Of a DNA stretch of 64,000 nt, positions 62,197 to 64,000 are shown piece after piece. Both the position numbers and the translations under genes were made by a program. The stretch covers positions 46,545 through 110,544 of the forward strand of contig CACKFS010000001.1 in the NCBI GenBank assembly GCA_902599575.1, read 5' to 3'. The stretch comes from an uncultured Pelagibacteraceae bacterium (GTDB lineage Bacteria; Pseudomonadota; Alphaproteobacteria; Pelagibacterales; Pelagibacteraceae). Every line of letters starts with the position of its first letter. Position 1 is the stretch's first letter. The notes beneath the pieces are model-generated. The model saw nothing but the letters and a program-made list of their open reading frames with translations, did not search any database and was not told the DNA's origin.

Positions 62197-63906
62197 ATGT
62201 CAAAATCAGATATTAGACACAAAATCGAGGAAATAAAAAGATCTTTCAAAGAAAAAAATTTTGATGATGTCATATATCAAATAGAGAAGTTATCAAATAT
62301 TAAAAATAGAAATCCCGAGTTATCTAGTTTATCTGGAATTTGTAAAATAATAAAACCAAATAGCAAAAAAAATGAAATATTTTCAGCATTGAATGACTTT
62401 GAAGACGCATATATTAAAGCTAAAAAAAACAATATCGGGCTAGAGTCGGTATGTAACTATATTTCTACATGTATTTTATATGCTGATAATTATCCTGAAT
62501 TATTAGATTCTCTATCCAAAGTAAAATCCATGTTTATAGAGGCAAAACAATCCTTTGGTTTCAATGAAAAACTTAATCTTGCAGGAATTAAATTGAATAA
62601 GTTTACTTTAGATTACAAAAACATGAGAATCAACATTTCAGAAATGATTAAAAATAAAACTAAACACCTTACTACCGCATGTAGGTGGGCTCATATAAAC
62701 AATTATAGTTATAATTGGAAACAAGAGGACTATCTAAATTATTCTAACGATTTAAAAAAATCATTTCCAAATTATAACACTAAAAATTTATCAGAAATAG
62801 ACTTTAAAGAGAATTCTAAAATAAAAGTAGGTTTTATAAGTTGTAATTTTAATTTGGGTCACTCAATTACTTACTTTATCAGAGATATAGTTAGTAATTT
62901 AGATAAATCAATATTTGAGACTTATGCGATAGATGTAGGTAAATATGGTTCAAATAATAATCCCGATGCGGAATTTAAAAATAATTATGATCACTGGTTG
63001 GAATTGAATAATAAAAGCAATCAAGAAGTTATAGACATTATACAAGAAAATAAAATTGAAATCTTAATTGATACTATTAGTTTAACTTATCCTGATAGGA
63101 CCGGGATATTAAATAATAGGATTTGTCCTCTGCAAATATCTTGGTTAGCTTATTGTAATACTTTAGGTTTTGATACAATAGATTACCTTGTTGCAGATAA
63201 ATATGTAATTAAAAACGGAGAAGAAAAATATTATAAAGAAGAAATAATTAAGCTGCCAAATATATGGAGCGCTCATGCAGGATTTAATTTAGAGAGAAAA
63301 TACCAAAATCCTCCTATTTTAGAAAATAAACATATAACATTTGGCTCATTTAATAACTTTCTTAAAATTTCAGATGAAGTTGTTGAAACCTGGAGCAAAA
63401 TACTCAAAAAAATTGATGGATCTAAATTAATATTAAAGTCATCAGAAAGTTATAACTATGAAATTATAAAAAAGAAATTTGCAAAATATAATGTTGAAAA
63501 CTCAATAATAATATTAGATAAAAAAAACTTCACTAAAATTGAAGATCATTTGAATCAATACGATAAGGTAGATATAGCTTTAGATACTTTTCCATATACA
63601 GGAGTAACAACAACTTTTGAAGCTCTATGGAAGAGTGTTCCTGTTATAACTATGGCAGGCCACAATTTTAAATCTAGATGCGGTGAAAGCATTATAAAAA
63701 ATGCAAATATAAGTGAATTAATATGTCTTGATAGAAATGATTATGTTAATAAAGCTGTTGAATTATCAAAAGATATTAACGCTATTACAGATTTAAGAAA
63801 AAAGATATTTAATAATATTTTAAAAACTCCATTATTTAAAACAAAAGAATACACACTAGAATTTCAGGGCATGTTAACCAAAAAATACAGTAGAAATAAT
63901 TTATAA
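62197..63906 (+). CDS. GT41 glycosyltransferase, SPINDLY-like, copy C
   Basis: IKVGFIS....HSI, Q.SWLAYCNTLG, ITFGSFNNFLKI, DIALDTFPYTGVTTTFEALW, SRCGESI motifs; helical N-terminus. Confidence 0.87.
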   Translation: MSKSDIRHKIEEIKRSFKEKNFDDVIYQIEKLSNIKNRNPELSSLSGICKIIKPNSKKNEIFSALNDFEDAYIKAKKNNIGLESVCNYISTCILYADNYPELLDSLSKVKSMFIEAKQSFGFNEKLNLAGIKLNKFTLDYKNMRINISEMIKNKTKHLTTACRWAHINNYSYNWKQEDYLNYSNDLKKSFPNYNTKNLSEIDFKENSKIKVGFISCNFNLGHSITYFIRDIVSNLDKSIFETYAIDVGKYGSNNNPDAEFKNNYDHWLELNNKSNQEVIDIIQENKIEILIDTISLTYPDRTGILNNRICPLQISWLAYCNTLGFDTIDYLVADKYVIKNGEEKYYKEEIIKLPNIWSAHAGFNLERKYQNPPILENKHITFGSFNNFLKISDEVVETWSKILKKIDGSKLILKSSESYNYEIIKKKFAKYNVENSIIILDKKNFTKIEDHLNQYDKVDIALDTFPYTGVTTTFEALWKSVPVITMAGHNFKSRCGESIIKNANISELICLDRNDYVNKAVELSKDINAITDLRKKIFNNILKTPLFKTKEYTLEFQGMLTKKYSRNNL

Positions 63907-63956
63907 GTAGTCTAATTCCTTCATCTCTTACATCAATGAACAAATCTACTTAAAAT

Positions 63957-64000
63957 TTATAAATAACCAAGCTCAATCATTTCATCTTTAAAAGCTCTCT
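63957..64000 (-). CDS. 3' end of a gene entering from the right edge (possibly sulfotransferase-like)
   Basis: Minus-strand frame reads ...RAFKDEMIELGYL*; an ELGY C-terminus is typical of sulfotransferase-family proteins, but only 13 codons are visible. Confidence 0.35.
   Translation of the reverse strand, partial: RAFKDEMIELGYL

Noticed and set aside
1-64000. CRISPR arrays, prophage, IS elements, rRNA or known defence systems
   Set aside because: No repeat-spacer arrays, transposases, integrases, phage structural genes or rRNA-like sequence were seen; the EVE, Smr and HIT genes sit in their usual housekeeping contexts

Overview
AT-rich, very compact alphaproteobacterial chromosome segment. 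Gene content, gene order and minimal intergenic spacing point to SAR11/Pelagibacterales (inference). It is mostly core genome. In order: a 2-hydroxy/2-oxo-acid uptake and catabolism cluster, ccmCDEFGH, argG, a photolyase region, folD, hemD/hemC, tsaD, acs with a DUF4212-actP-type transporter, rpe, purH, tRNA-Gly(GCC), ftsK-lolA, hisBHAFE, hslVU, the secB/dnaQ/coaE/aroE/maf/PSRP block, the probable oriC, then hemE-hemH-hemJ-rho. No CRISPR array, prophage, IS element or rRNA is visible. Most notable: (1) a five-gene overlapping operon joining an Fe-S-less (6-4) photolyase, a DCC thiol-oxidoreductase, an unlisted 42-aa DUF2256 gene, a close bacterial CRTAC1 homologue and a secreted 10-Cys unknown protein, converging on a short domain-inverted photolyase; (2) an unannotated ~65-nt hairpin upstream of ccmC with two anti-Shine-Dalgarno-like loop motifs (candidate sRNA); (3) three dispersed, divergent GT41 (OGT/SPINDLY-like) glycosyltransferases; (4) a histone-like polybasic N-terminal tail on acetyl-CoA synthetase and gene-specific acidic-to-basic charge shifts in several enzymes. 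All calls come from motif recognition by eye; no database search was run.
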